This document shows, piece by piece, positions 18,267 through 26,605 of a DNA stretch of 40,257 bases. Origin of the DNA: Anaerolineae bacterium. Its GTDB lineage: Bacteria > Chloroflexota > Anaerolineae > SpSt-313. A program made the translations under genes and the position numbers. Each line of letters starts with the position of its first letter. Positions within the stretch are counted from its first letter, which is position 1. The notes under the pieces were generated by a model that searched no databases, was not told the DNA's origin, and was given only the letters and a program-made list of their open reading frames with translations. The DNA lies in contig JAIMBM010000001.1 in NCBI GenBank assembly GCA_023511475.1, forward strand, positions 1 through 40,257, read 5' to 3'.

Positions 18267-18285
18267 GCCGCGCTTTCCTGGGAAC

Positions 18286-18318
18286 AGCACCCGAGGGAGC
18301 ACGGCGCTGCCTCGGGTG
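18286..18318. terminator. Hairpin between convergent genes (terminator candidate)
   Basis: 10-bp stem gcacccgagg / cctcgggtgc with a 13-nt loop and no clear U-tract. Confidence 0.35.
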
Positions 18319-18346
18319 CCGTCAGTCGAGGGGCGGCACGGCTGCC

Positions 18347-18868
18347 TCAGTGGTACCGCTCAACTGTGAAGCGATAGAGCCTGATCGGCTCGCCCGGCCC
18401 TATGCCGGCCTTCCGGCGGGCGATGTCGACCTGGCAGTCTACCGTGTCGATTCCCTCCAGATCGGGAAGAAGGAGGCCGCGCCGGTAGCCGCTCTGCACG
18501 ATCACCCCATACTTCTTGGGGTCGAGCTTGTCGGGAGAGTTGACCGGCTCGGGAGGGGACAACACGTCGACCGAGATCTCCAGGTCAGCCAGCTCTGCGG
18601 GACGCACGGGCGGGAAGCGCGGGTCCTGCGTCGCGGCCATGATAGCATTGTGGATGACCTCGAGGGCCACGTTGGGCTGTGTGGGCTCGATGGTCCCGAT
18701 GCACCCGCGCAGCTCGCCATGAGCGTGGAGTGAGACAAATGCGCCCGCCCGGCGCCGGGCTTCGGGAGGCAGATCCGTCGGAGGGGTGATCTGGCGACCC
18801 TCGCGGACGTAGGTCTCTATGGTCTGTCTCGCCAGCTTGACCAGAGGATGATGCTCTTCGCGGGACAT
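18347..18868 (-). CDS. AMMECR1 domain protein
   Basis: [24 protein letters not shown] signature. The ATG at 18868 is preceded by GGAAGGAGG. Confidence 0.85.
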   Translation of the reverse strand: MSREEHHPLVKLARQTIETYVREGRQITPPTDLPPEARRRAGAFVSLHAHGELRGCIGTIEPTQPNVALEVIHNAIMAATQDPRFPPVRPAELADLEISVDVLSPPEPVNSPDKLDPKKYGVIVQSGYRRGLLLPDLEGIDTVDCQVDIARRKAGIGPGEPIRLYRFTVERYH

Positions 18869-18906
18869 AGTGCCTCCTTCCCGCGCGCCCCGGAGGCGGG
18901 TCGCCT

Positions 18907-19932
18907 CTAGTCTGGAAGCTGCCACTCCAGGAGGCGGACCGGGTCGACAAGGCTTCCACCTACCCAGACGGCCCAGTGCAGGTGCGGGCCGGTGGAAAAG
19001 CCCGTCGAGCCGACCAGGCCGATAGTCTGACCCTGCTGGACGTACTGGCCGGCCTCGGCCTTGAGGGCGCTCAGGTGATAGTAGCCTGTGAACAGGCCCC
19101 AGCCATGGTCAATGATGACGATGTTGCCCCGAACCTTCAGTGGACGTGACAGGACGACACGCCCGGCGTTAGCGGCTGCTACCGGGACTCCCTCGTCGGC
19201 AGCGAGATCGAGCCCGCCATGCTGGTCGGTCGGCGGGCCGCCGTTGTAGCTGCGCAACATCCCATAGGTCGACGACACCTCGCCCTGCACGGGCAGTATG
19301 AAGTGACCCTGCCACAGTCGCTCGGGAGAGCGCTGCGACACAATTCCTGCGATCAGGCTGTTCTCTCTGGCGAGGGCTTCTGTGTCGAGCACGAGGTCCA
19401 GGGTCGAATTCTCCATGTCGACCCTCTCGATCTCGAACGTGCGCGAGCTGATCCGCAGAGATCGCTCCTCAACGACCGGCGGGCCGCTGTGGGGGTCTTC
19501 CGCCGTCACCAGGAGCGACCACGTTGTCGGCTTGCTGCCTGCCCAGATGCCGATCAGGCCATACCAGCGCCCGCCATCGTGAAAGAGCGGCAGGGGCTTT
19601 CCGGCGAGGGTGGCCGACACGGTCACCGGTCTGCTCGGCTCCACGATCAGGGTGCCGATCTCCCCCTGTGGCACGACTTCTGGCTCGAGGCGTACCGAGA
19701 GGGAAAGCGGCGCCGCAGTAGCGGTTGGTGTCGCCGTCGCCGTCGGCGTGGCCGTGGGGGTGCCGGTGGCGGTGGGGGTCAGCGTGGGGGTTGGGGTGGA
19801 TGCGGGCGTGGCCGTTGCCGGGGCGAGCAGCGGGAGTCCGCTGCAGCCGGTGGCAGCGGCTGGGAGTGCCATCACGGCCAGCACGGCTGCCAGCGAAGCC
19901 AGCAGTCGCCAGGGGCGTACACGTGGGTGCAC
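18907..19932 (-). CDS. M23 (LytM-type) metallopeptidase with signal peptide and Thr/Pro/Ala linker
   Basis: C-terminal HGGLDLAA...[20 protein letters not shown]...[16 protein letters not shown] motifs. The GTG at 19932 follows GAGGAAA and gives n-region/h-region/AATGC. The track start at 20028 is a -35 hexamer. Confidence 0.85.
   Translation of the reverse strand: MHPRVRPWRLLASLAAVLAVMALPAAATGCSGLPLLAPATATPASTPTPTLTPTATGTPTATPTATATPTATAAPLSLSVRLEPEVVPQGEIGTLIVEPSRPVTVSATLAGKPLPLFHDGGRWYGLIGIWAGSKPTTWSLLVTAEDPHSGPPVVEERSLRISSRTFEIERVDMENSTLDLVLDTEALARENSLIAGIVSQRSPERLWQGHFILPVQGEVSSTYGMLRSYNGGPPTDQHGGLDLAADEGVPVAAANAGRVVLSRPLKVRGNIVIIDHGWGLFTGYYHLSALKAEAGQYVQQGQTIGLVGSTGFSTGPHLHWAVWVGGSLVDPVRLLEWQLPD
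19708..19818 (-). repeat. Low-complexity coding repeat (Thr/Pro/Ala linker)
   Basis: Encodes [37 protein letters not shown] within the M23 peptidase. Confidence 0.6.
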
Positions 19933-19999
19933 GGCAGGTTTCCTCACTAGGCCGGCTCTCTCGCGGCATCTGGAGGCGGAAACCGGTCGACATGCGGCG

Positions 20000-20028
20000 A
20001 GTGTAGCATGGGGTAGAAGAGGTGTCAA
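20000..20028 (-). promoter_or_regulatory. Candidate promoter, TTGACA-17 nt-TACACT
   Basis: Read on the minus strand, consensus -35 is at 20028-20023 and -10 at 20005-20000, with an exact 17-nt spacer. It lies ~60 nt upstream of the GTG at 19932. Confidence 0.5.
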
Positions 20029-20056
20029 GCGCCGGATGCGGGTGAGGCTGCCCGGA

Positions 20057-20668
20057 CTAGCCTGCGGCAGTACCGGTGCCCCCAGGCGAATCGCTCCGCG
20101 TGAGCCGGTAGACCAGCGCCATCCGCTGCAAGGCGGTCACGTTGGTGAGAATGGCCAGCACCCAGAGCACCGGCTGTAGCAGGCCGAGGAGGAGGCCCGC
20201 GGCGAGCACGAGGATGCGCTCGACGCGGGTGAACCAGCCCTCCTGGCAACGGAGTCCGAGGCCTTCGGCGCGCGCCCGGGTGTAGCTGACAAGCTGGGAG
20301 CCGAGAAGGGCAATGTACGTGAGGTAGAGCCCTTCGCGGTTGTCGGCGAGGGCGAAATACACGAGCAGCCCAAAGAACAGGGCGCCCTCCGAGAAGCGAT
20401 CGAGCACCGAGTCCAGGAAGGCCCCGAAGCGTGTGGCCTGCCCTGAGACGCGAGCGAGCGCCCCGTCAAAGGCATCCAGCGCTGAGAATAGCAGGATGAG
20501 CGCTCCTGCCAGTCGGAGGCGACCGCTGGCCAGCAGCCAGGCATTGACCAGGCTCAGGAGGAATCCGATGACCGTGAGTGCGTTCGGGGTGACTCCGAGA
20601 CGGTGTAGTGCACGTGCGATCGGTTCGACGAGCCAGCGCGTGTAGCGGCGCAAATGGTCACTGAGCAT
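20057..20668 (-). CDS. CDP-alcohol phosphatidyltransferase (phosphatidylinositol-phosphate synthase-like by context)
   Basis: DAFDGALARVSGQATRFGAFLDSVLD matches D-x2-DG-x2-AR-x8-G-x3-D-x3-D. It is multi-helix hydrophobic and overlaps the GT4 gene end by 11 nt. Confidence 0.8.
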   Translation of the reverse strand: MLSDHLRRYTRWLVEPIARALHRLGVTPNALTVIGFLLSLVNAWLLASGRLRLAGALILLFSALDAFDGALARVSGQATRFGAFLDSVLDRFSEGALFFGLLVYFALADNREGLYLTYIALLGSQLVSYTRARAEGLGLRCQEGWFTRVERILVLAAGLLLGLLQPVLWVLAILTNVTALQRMALVYRLTRSDSPGGTGTAAG

Positions 20669-21803
20669 CTTTGCAGGGTACCTTTCCGTCCAGCAGTTGC
20701 AGATAGTAGTCCATGACGCGGCGCGCGACCCTGTCCCACGCGAGGCCCCGTGCAGTCTCCTGCCCGCAGGCGCCCATGCACGCTCGCTCCGCCGGATTCT
20801 CGAGGAGGCGGATCAGCGCGTCCGCAAGCCCCTCAGGGTCTGCGGGTTGCACGAGGAGTCCCTCCCGCCCGTGCGTCAACACGCTTCGATAGCCAGGGAT
20901 GTTGGAGGCCACGACCGGACGGCCCGCCGCCATAGCCTCGAGGAGCACGATGCCAAAGCTCTCGAACCCGGTTGAGGGCGCGCAGAAGACGTCGCAGGAT
21001 CGAAAGCAGCGGGGCTTTTCCTCGTGAGGAATGAACCCGAGAAAGCGGACACCATGGATGCCCTCGCGGCGCGCTTCGAGCACGTAAGGCTCCCTGTCCT
21101 CCCTGCTATAGGCCCCGGCTACGAGGAGCTGGGCGTTGGGGATGCGTTTGCGCACCCGCCCGAAGGCACGCAGCAGGTACTCAAAGCCCTTGCGCTTCTC
21201 AAGGCGCCCGAAAAAGAGGATGGTGGGCCGGCCCTCGCCGTACTCAGGAAGCGGCTCGACGTCACGGCTGTAGAACTCGTAGTCTATCCCGTTGGGGATG
21301 ATCGTATAGTCTGCGGGGAAGTAGCGCCAGATCGCGTCCCGCGCGGCTTCGGAGACGGCTATCCTGCCATCGAGCCGATCGAAGAAAGGCTGCAGGAGGT
21401 GTCGGCCGTACTCATAGCCGGGGTGACTGTCCTCGCGGTAGGCATGGAACGTCCCAACGTTGAGCGAGTGCGAGTGCCGGAGGACGGCGAGGGGCAGCAG
21501 CGGCATGAGTGGCTCGTGCAGATGCACAACCTCAAAGCTCATCTCGCGGAGGATGCTCTTCACCCGCCGGTATGCCCGCGGCGAGAGGGACACTCGCGCC
21601 ACAGACCCGCTCGACGGCAGGGGAAAGACTCCGCCTGCGACCTTGAGGACGTTGCTGTGGAGCTCTTCCTCGTTCTTGCTGGAAGTGGCGAGCACCCACA
21701 CTTCATGGCCCCACTGGCGGAACACGCGGTCGAGAGCAGCGATGTGCTCCGTCACACCGCCGGGATAGGGGTAATCGTAAGGTGAGACCAACGCGATCCT
21801 CAA
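20658..21803 (-). CDS. GT4-family glycosyltransferase (PimA-like mannosyltransferase by context)
   Basis: MRIALVSPYDYPYPGGV N-terminus and E-x7-E region GFESFGIVLLEAMAAGRPVVAS. TTG start with GAGGAGG 7 nt upstream. Confidence 0.85.
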   Translation of the reverse strand: MRIALVSPYDYPYPGGVTEHIAALDRVFRQWGHEVWVLATSSKNEEELHSNVLKVAGGVFPLPSSGSVARVSLSPRAYRRVKSILREMSFEVVHLHEPLMPLLPLAVLRHSHSLNVGTFHAYREDSHPGYEYGRHLLQPFFDRLDGRIAVSEAARDAIWRYFPADYTIIPNGIDYEFYSRDVEPLPEYGEGRPTILFFGRLEKRKGFEYLLRAFGRVRKRIPNAQLLVAGAYSREDREPYVLEARREGIHGVRFLGFIPHEEKPRCFRSCDVFCAPSTGFESFGIVLLEAMAAGRPVVASNIPGYRSVLTHGREGLLVQPADPEGLADALIRLLENPAERACMGACGQETARGLAWDRVARRVMDYYLQLLDGKVPCKDAQ

Positions 21804-21834
21804 CTTGTTGCCTCCTCAACCACTTGGAATGGTC

Positions 21835-22797
21835 TCACCGAGCTGGTGGCCCCCCTGGCGAGGAGACGTTCCCATCCGGGAGCCACAGCGGCTGAAAGTA
21901 GACCCACTGATCGGGATAGCGTGACACGTACCTGGCAAAGATGGAGAGCACGTTGTGTACCGCATTCTCGACGTCGCGCTCCGGGTCGGAGGTATGCTCG
22001 ATTAATATCTCGGGCTCGACGACGATGTGAAAGGCGTTGTCTGGCGAGCGTCGGCAGAAGGCTACGACGAGGCCTGCTCCGGTGCGGAGGGCAAGCCTGG
22101 CATACCCGTCTGGCACCCGAGCCGGCCGGCCCAGGAAATCGACGACGCGCCCTGCATCCGTGACGTTGCGGTCGAGGGCCGAGCCCACGATCGCGTTGCT
22201 GTGCAAGGCACGGAAGACCGGGCGCAGCCAGCTATCGATCGGGATGAAGGACAGGCCATGGCTCTCCCGTGCCCGGCGGACGTATTCGAACAGACGCTCG
22301 GGCCGCAGATGCTCGGCGATGGCGATGACCCGGTAGCCACGCAACGCCAGTATCTGGCCCGCGAGGTCAAAGTTGCCAAAGTGGGCGCTCGTGAGCACGA
22401 CGCCACGCCCGCGCGCGAGGGCTGCATCGAGGTGCTCCAAACCGACCAGCGTGCGCACGCTGGTGCGGATATCTTCCTCGTCCAGAGCCGGCACGCGCAG
22501 GAGGTCGAAGTAGTTCTTGACCTGGTTGCCGTAGATGCGTCGGGCGATCTCTCTCACGCGCGGCGACCCCGAGGGCTCGCCGAGGACGTGCGAGATATTG
22601 TCCTCTACGTGGCAGCGCAGCGGAGACACCCGGTAGACCAGGGTACCGAGCCGCCCTGCGAGGCGGTAGCCGACAGATGCCGGTATGTGCGGCGCGAGTG
22701 CACCTGCAGCGCGGAACAGGTAGTAGGTTAGACCGTCCCAGACCATGAAGGAGGCTACCTCTTTTCCGTGCTGACCGGCGCAGGGAAGGCGGGCCAC
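21835..22797 (-). CDS. LpxL/HtrB-family lysophospholipid acyltransferase (PatA-like by context)
   Basis: H-x4-D acyltransferase motif SAHFGNFD. The GTG at 22797 follows GGAG and sits ~20 nt downstream of a predicted TSS. The alternative ATG at 22746 lacks an RBS. Confidence 0.8.
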   Translation of the reverse strand: MARLPCAGQHGKEVASFMVWDGLTYYLFRAAGALAPHIPASVGYRLAGRLGTLVYRVSPLRCHVEDNISHVLGEPSGSPRVREIARRIYGNQVKNYFDLLRVPALDEEDIRTSVRTLVGLEHLDAALARGRGVVLTSAHFGNFDLAGQILALRGYRVIAIAEHLRPERLFEYVRRARESHGLSFIPIDSWLRPVFRALHSNAIVGSALDRNVTDAGRVVDFLGRPARVPDGYARLALRTGAGLVVAFCRRSPDNAFHIVVEPEILIEHTSDPERDVENAVHNVLSIFARYVSRYPDQWVYFQPLWLPDGNVSSPGGPPAR

Positions 22798-22824
22798 CTT
22801 GATCTCCGCCGCGCCGGCGCGCGC

Positions 22825-22853
22825 AGTGTAGCCCAGATGGGAGTTGCTGTCAA
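22825..22853 (-). promoter_or_regulatory. Candidate promoter, TTGACA-17 nt-TACACT
   Basis: Read on the minus strand, -35 is at 22853-22848 and -10 at 22830-22825. The hexamers are identical to those of the promoter at 20000-20028. Confidence 0.5.
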
Positions 22854-23090
22854 GGCTTCTTCAGAGGGGGGGCATCCAAGGTCGGTCAGCAGATTCGCAG
22901 CCAGGCAGCCAGCGGGGGGCGCCCTGTTGGCAACCGGGCTTTGCGCTTCGCAGGAGCCCGGCGCAGGACCTTTTCTTGTCCTGGGGTAGGGCCGGGCTGC
23001 TGCCCAGCAAAACACCCGGCTGCAGCCCAGGCATTGACGCATCTTGGGTGCACCCTCAGAGGGCAGAAGCGCGGCAAGGCCGGCCGGTTC

Positions 23091-23119
23091 TTGATGGTTT
23101 GCCGGGTGTGGCGTAGAAT
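23091..23119 (+). promoter_or_regulatory. Candidate promoter, TTGATG-17 nt-TAGAAT
   Basis: -35 at 23091-23096 and -10 at 23114-23119. The ATG at 23134 is only 14 nt after the -10, so the leader is very short. Confidence 0.5.
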
Positions 23120-23133
23120 GGAAGCCGTGAGGC

Positions 23134-24015
23134 ATGCAGGCCATGGGAGATCATCTGGAGAGTCGCTCCGTGCATCCGCTGTGGCGCAGGGCGTGGGAGG
23201 TGCGGCAAGAGCTCTTTGGGCGGCACATCCGCTTTGAGCGGCCCTCGGCGACCTTGGCGGTGAGCGTCACCGGCAAGGCCTGTGCGCTGCGGTGTGCACA
23301 CTGCAACGGCCACTATCTGGCCGGGATGCGCACACTCGACGATCCCGCACTCGGCCGGGCGCGCAGCCTTCTCATCTCGGGCGGTTGCGACCGCGAGGGC
23401 CGGGTGCCGGTGTTGCCCCGCCTCGAGGAGATCGCCCGGCTGGCGGCGGGCAGGCGCCTGAACTGGCATGTGGGTCTGATCGATGAGGCTACAATGCAGG
23501 CTATCCGACCCTATGCACACGTCATCAGCTTTGACTTTGTCGGGGACGATGACACCATCCGGGACGTGTACGGCCTTGACAAGACGGTGAGCGACTATGT
23601 GGCCTGCTACGAGATGCTGCGCCGGCACGCGTGCGTTGTGCCGCATCTCACCATCGGGCTCCACGGGGGACGGGTTCGGGGCGAGCGGCGCGCTCTGGAC
23701 CTCCTCAGCTCCCTGGGTGTTGAGGCGCTGGTGCTCATCGTTTTCATCCCTACACCAGGGACGGCGTATGCCGGGTGCGAGCCACCTTCAGTCGGTGAGG
23801 TTGTCGATCTCCTCGCCGAGGCTCGTGTGCGTTTCCCGAAGGTGCCCGTGCGCCTGGGTTGCATGCGCCCAGGCGGGGAGTATCGCGAGCAACTCGATCC
23901 CCTTGCAGTGGAGGTGGGGCTAAACAGCATCGTAAACCCGGCCCGGGCCGCGGTCTTGGCGGCGCAGCGGCTGGGGCTGCGCATCGAATGGGGCGATGAA
24001 TGCTGTGTACTCTAG
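23134..24015 (+). CDS. Radical SAM protein (candidate LipS-type lipoyl synthase component)
   Basis: C-x3-C-x2-C at CALRCAHC. Additional conserved-looking Cys residues (SGGCDREG, LGCMRPGG, C-terminal GDECC). It is first in an apparent operon with gcvTHPAPB. Confidence 0.75.
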   Translation: MQAMGDHLESRSVHPLWRRAWEVRQELFGRHIRFERPSATLAVSVTGKACALRCAHCNGHYLAGMRTLDDPALGRARSLLISGGCDREGRVPVLPRLEEIARLAAGRRLNWHVGLIDEATMQAIRPYAHVISFDFVGDDDTIRDVYGLDKTVSDYVACYEMLRRHACVVPHLTIGLHGGRVRGERRALDLLSSLGVEALVLIVFIPTPGTAYAGCEPPSVGEVVDLLAEARVRFPKVPVRLGCMRPGGEYREQLDPLAVEVGLNSIVNPARAAVLAAQRLGLRIEWGDECCVL

Positions 24016-25004
24016 GCGACACGGCGCCGGATGACGGCCTGGATGTGCGCGTATCCTCAGGGTCGGCAGCGGTCCTCGGGCTGGCCACGCTTCGCGTGGA
24101 GGTACCCCCGACGACGGCGTACCTGATGCTAGGTGAGCGGTGCTCGCTCGACTGTGCCTTCTGCGCCCAGGCGCGGGCGAGCACTGCGCCAGCGGACCAG
24201 CTCTCGAGGGTCATCTGGCCGAAGTATCCATTGGCGACGGTCATCTCGCGATTGGAGCCCGCCTATGCCTCGGGTGCAATCGTTCGCTGCTGTCTTCAGG
24301 TCGTCGCCGCTCCTGGTCACGCTGCCCGTACGCGCGAGGTCGTCCGCGCCATCCGGCGAGAGGCGGCACTCCCGCTGTGCGTCTGCACGCGGGTGAGCCG
24401 TCGCGAGGAGATGGGCGAGCTGCTCGCCCTCGGGGTCGAGCGCGTGACCCTGGCATTGGACGCGGCTAGCGAGCATGTGTATAATCGGGTGAAAGGGCGC
24501 CGCTGGGAGAAGACCCTTGGCCTCCTGCGGGAGGCGGCGCGGGCGTATCCCGGGCGCGTAGGCACGCACATCATCGTCGGCCTGGGTGAGACTGAAGCCG
24601 AGGTTGCGGCGCTTCTCCAGGAGATGCACGACCTGGGGGTCCTTACGGCGCTTTTCGCCTTTACGCCAGTCCCAGGCACGGCGCTGGAGGGCGAGCAGCC
24701 GCCGTCGGAAGTAAGCTACAGGCGCTGCCAGGTGGCGCGGTATCTCATCGTGAACGGCCTGGCGCGGGCGGAGCGGTTCCGCTACTCAGCGAAGGGGGAG
24801 ATAGCTTCCTACGGCCTACCCGCCGGAGCCCTGGAGGAGGTGCTCCGCACGGGAGAAGCTTACCGCACGTCGGGGTGCTCCGGATGTAACCGCCCCTTCT
24901 ACAACGAGCGACCGGGCGGTCCCCTCTACAATTACCCTCGTCCGCTGTCCGCAGCGGAAGCCAGATCGGCTACTGCGCTCGTCATGGCGAGCCTGACCCA
25001 CTGA
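24000..25004 (+). CDS. Radical SAM protein, BioB/LipA-like (candidate LipS-type lipoyl synthase component)
   Basis: C-x3-C-x2-C at CSLDCAFC, extra Cys clusters (RCCLQV, LPLCVCTR, TSGCSGCNRP) and the TIM-barrel style motif HIIVGLGET. A 16-nt overlap with the preceding radical SAM gene suggests translational coupling. Confidence 0.75.
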   Translation: MLCTLGDTAPDDGLDVRVSSGSAAVLGLATLRVEVPPTTAYLMLGERCSLDCAFCAQARASTAPADQLSRVIWPKYPLATVISRLEPAYASGAIVRCCLQVVAAPGHAARTREVVRAIRREAALPLCVCTRVSRREEMGELLALGVERVTLALDAASEHVYNRVKGRRWEKTLGLLREAARAYPGRVGTHIIVGLGETEAEVAALLQEMHDLGVLTALFAFTPVPGTALEGEQPPSEVSYRRCQVARYLIVNGLARAERFRYSAKGEIASYGLPAGALEEVLRTGEAYRTSGCSGCNRPFYNERPGGPLYNYPRPLSAAEARSATALVMASLTH

Positions 25005-25073
25005 CGAAGGGTCAGGGCAGAGGCGGCAACGGGGCCGCTCGGTACTATGCTGGTAGAGGTCAAGGAGGAACGC

Positions 25074-26180
25074 ATGGCGAGGAGGACAGAGCTCTACGCA
25101 CGCCACGTCGCGTTGAACGGCCGGATGATCGACTTTGCGGGCTGGCTGCTGCCCGTGCAGTACCCCACAGGTCCCATCGAGGAGCACCATACCGTCCGCC
25201 GGGCAGCGGGACTCTTCGACATCGATCATATGGGGCAGATCGTAGTCAGGGGCCCGGACGCGCTGCCCTTTCTGCAGCATGTGCTGACCACGGACATCAG
25301 CCGGATGGCAACGGGCGAGGCCCGATACTCGCTCGTCTGCTACGACGACGGCGGAGTCGTTGACGATGTGTTTGTATACCGGTTGCCCGACCGGTACTTT
25401 ATCGCGATCAACGCCGCCAACGTGGAGAAGGACACCCTCTGGTTCCGCTACCATGTCGGGCGGTTCCAGGCCACGGTTGAGAACGTCTCTGAGGAGACGT
25501 ACATGTTGGCGTTGCAGGGGCCGCAGGCGGAGGCGGTCCTCCAGAAGCTGACCCCGGCGCAACTGGACAAGCTGCCCTTCCATCGGGCTACAGAGAGCAA
25601 GGTGGCCGGCGTGCCGACCCTGATCGGACGCACCGGCTATACGGGTGAGGACGGCTTTGAGCTGTTCTTCCCTCGCGAGAAAGCCACTCTGCTGTGGGAT
25701 GGCCTCATGGAGGCCGGCGCCCCCCTCGGGCTCAAGCCGATAGGCCTGGCCGCACGCGACAGTCTCCGCTTCGAGCCCAAGCTGCCCCTCTATGGGCAGG
25801 AGATCTCGGCGACGATCAACCCACTGGAAGCCGGATTGGGTTGGGCGGTCTCTTTCGAGAAAGGGGAGTTTGTGGGGCGGGGCGCCCTTCTGAAGGTCAG
25901 GCTGGAAGGCCCGCGCCGGAAGCTGGTGGGGCTCGAGATGGTCGATAGGGGGGTGCCGCGGCACGGCTATGCGGTGGCGCTCGATGGGCGCACCATCGGG
26001 GAGGTGACGACAGGGATGTATGCGCCAACGCCTGGGAAATACCTCGCCCTCGCCTTGGTGCCACCGGCCCAGGCTGCTATCGGCACGGAGGTACAGGTGA
26101 TGATCCGCGGTGAGGCGAAACGGGCCAGGGTCGTCAAGACACCTTTCTACACGCCAGCCTACCGGCGTCAGCCGGCATGA
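25074..26180 (+). CDS. gcvT: Glycine cleavage system aminomethyltransferase (T protein)
   Basis: LYARHVALNGRMIDFAGWLLPVQY, GLFDIDHMGQ and RTGYTGEDGFE motifs. ATG at 25074 after AAGGAGG. Confidence 0.95.
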   Translation: MARRTELYARHVALNGRMIDFAGWLLPVQYPTGPIEEHHTVRRAAGLFDIDHMGQIVVRGPDALPFLQHVLTTDISRMATGEARYSLVCYDDGGVVDDVFVYRLPDRYFIAINAANVEKDTLWFRYHVGRFQATVENVSEETYMLALQGPQAEAVLQKLTPAQLDKLPFHRATESKVAGVPTLIGRTGYTGEDGFELFFPREKATLLWDGLMEAGAPLGLKPIGLAARDSLRFEPKLPLYGQEISATINPLEAGLGWAVSFEKGEFVGRGALLKVRLEGPRRKLVGLEMVDRGVPRHGYAVALDGRTIGEVTTGMYAPTPGKYLALALVPPAQAAIGTEVQVMIRGEAKRARVVKTPFYTPAYRRQPA

Positions 26181-26209
26181 GCGGTCAGTGCTGACAGGAG
26201 GAGAACACG

Positions 26210-26605
26210 ATGAAGGTGGACAAGGCGAGTCGCTATACCCGGACGCACGAGTGGGTGCGCCTCGAAGGTGACGAGGCCGTCTCGGGCATCACGGACTATG
26301 CCCAGGAGCAGCTGAGCGACGTCGTCTACGTAGAGCTGCCGGCCATAGGGGAGCACTTTGGCAAGGGTGAGGTCTATGGAGTGGTCGAGTCGGTGAAGGC
26401 GGCTTCCGACAACTATATGCCTGTCGGAGGTACGGTCACGGCCGTCAATGAGAGCCTCGCCGACGAGCCCCAGCAGGTGAACACCGACCCGTATGGCGCG
26501 GGGTGGATGATCCGATTCAGGCCCGACGACCCGGCCGAGATCGAGCAACTGATGGATGCGGCCAGCTACGAGGAGTACGTCTCGAGCCTGGAAGGAGCAC
26601 ACTAG
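26210..26605 (+). CDS. gcvH: Glycine cleavage system H protein (lipoyl carrier)
   Basis: YTRTHEWV, and VESVKAASD containing the lipoyl-lysine. Confidence 0.95.
   Translation: MKVDKASRYTRTHEWVRLEGDEAVSGITDYAQEQLSDVVYVELPAIGEHFGKGEVYGVVESVKAASDNYMPVGGTVTAVNESLADEPQQVNTDPYGAGWMIRFRPDDPAEIEQLMDAASYEEYVSSLEGAH

Noticed and set aside
19708-19818. Repetitive DNA that might be a tandem repeat or CRISPR-like array
   Set aside because: It is an in-frame Thr/Pro/Ala linker of the M23 peptidase, with no repeat-spacer periodicity. No CRISPR-like structure occurs anywhere in the window.
22768-22989. 73-aa plus-strand ORF preceded by GAAGGAGG
   Set aside because: The RBS spacing of 12 nt is long. The ORF runs antisense through the acyltransferase start and its promoter. 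Its composition is Ala/Gly/Arg-rich without features, so it is most likely chance.
25005-25073. Possible glycine riboswitch upstream of gcvT
   Set aside because: The gap is only ~69 nt. Even including the upstream gene's 3' end, I see none of the conserved glycine-riboswitch core strings, and the gap looks like a simple intercistronic spacer with an AAGGAGG RBS.
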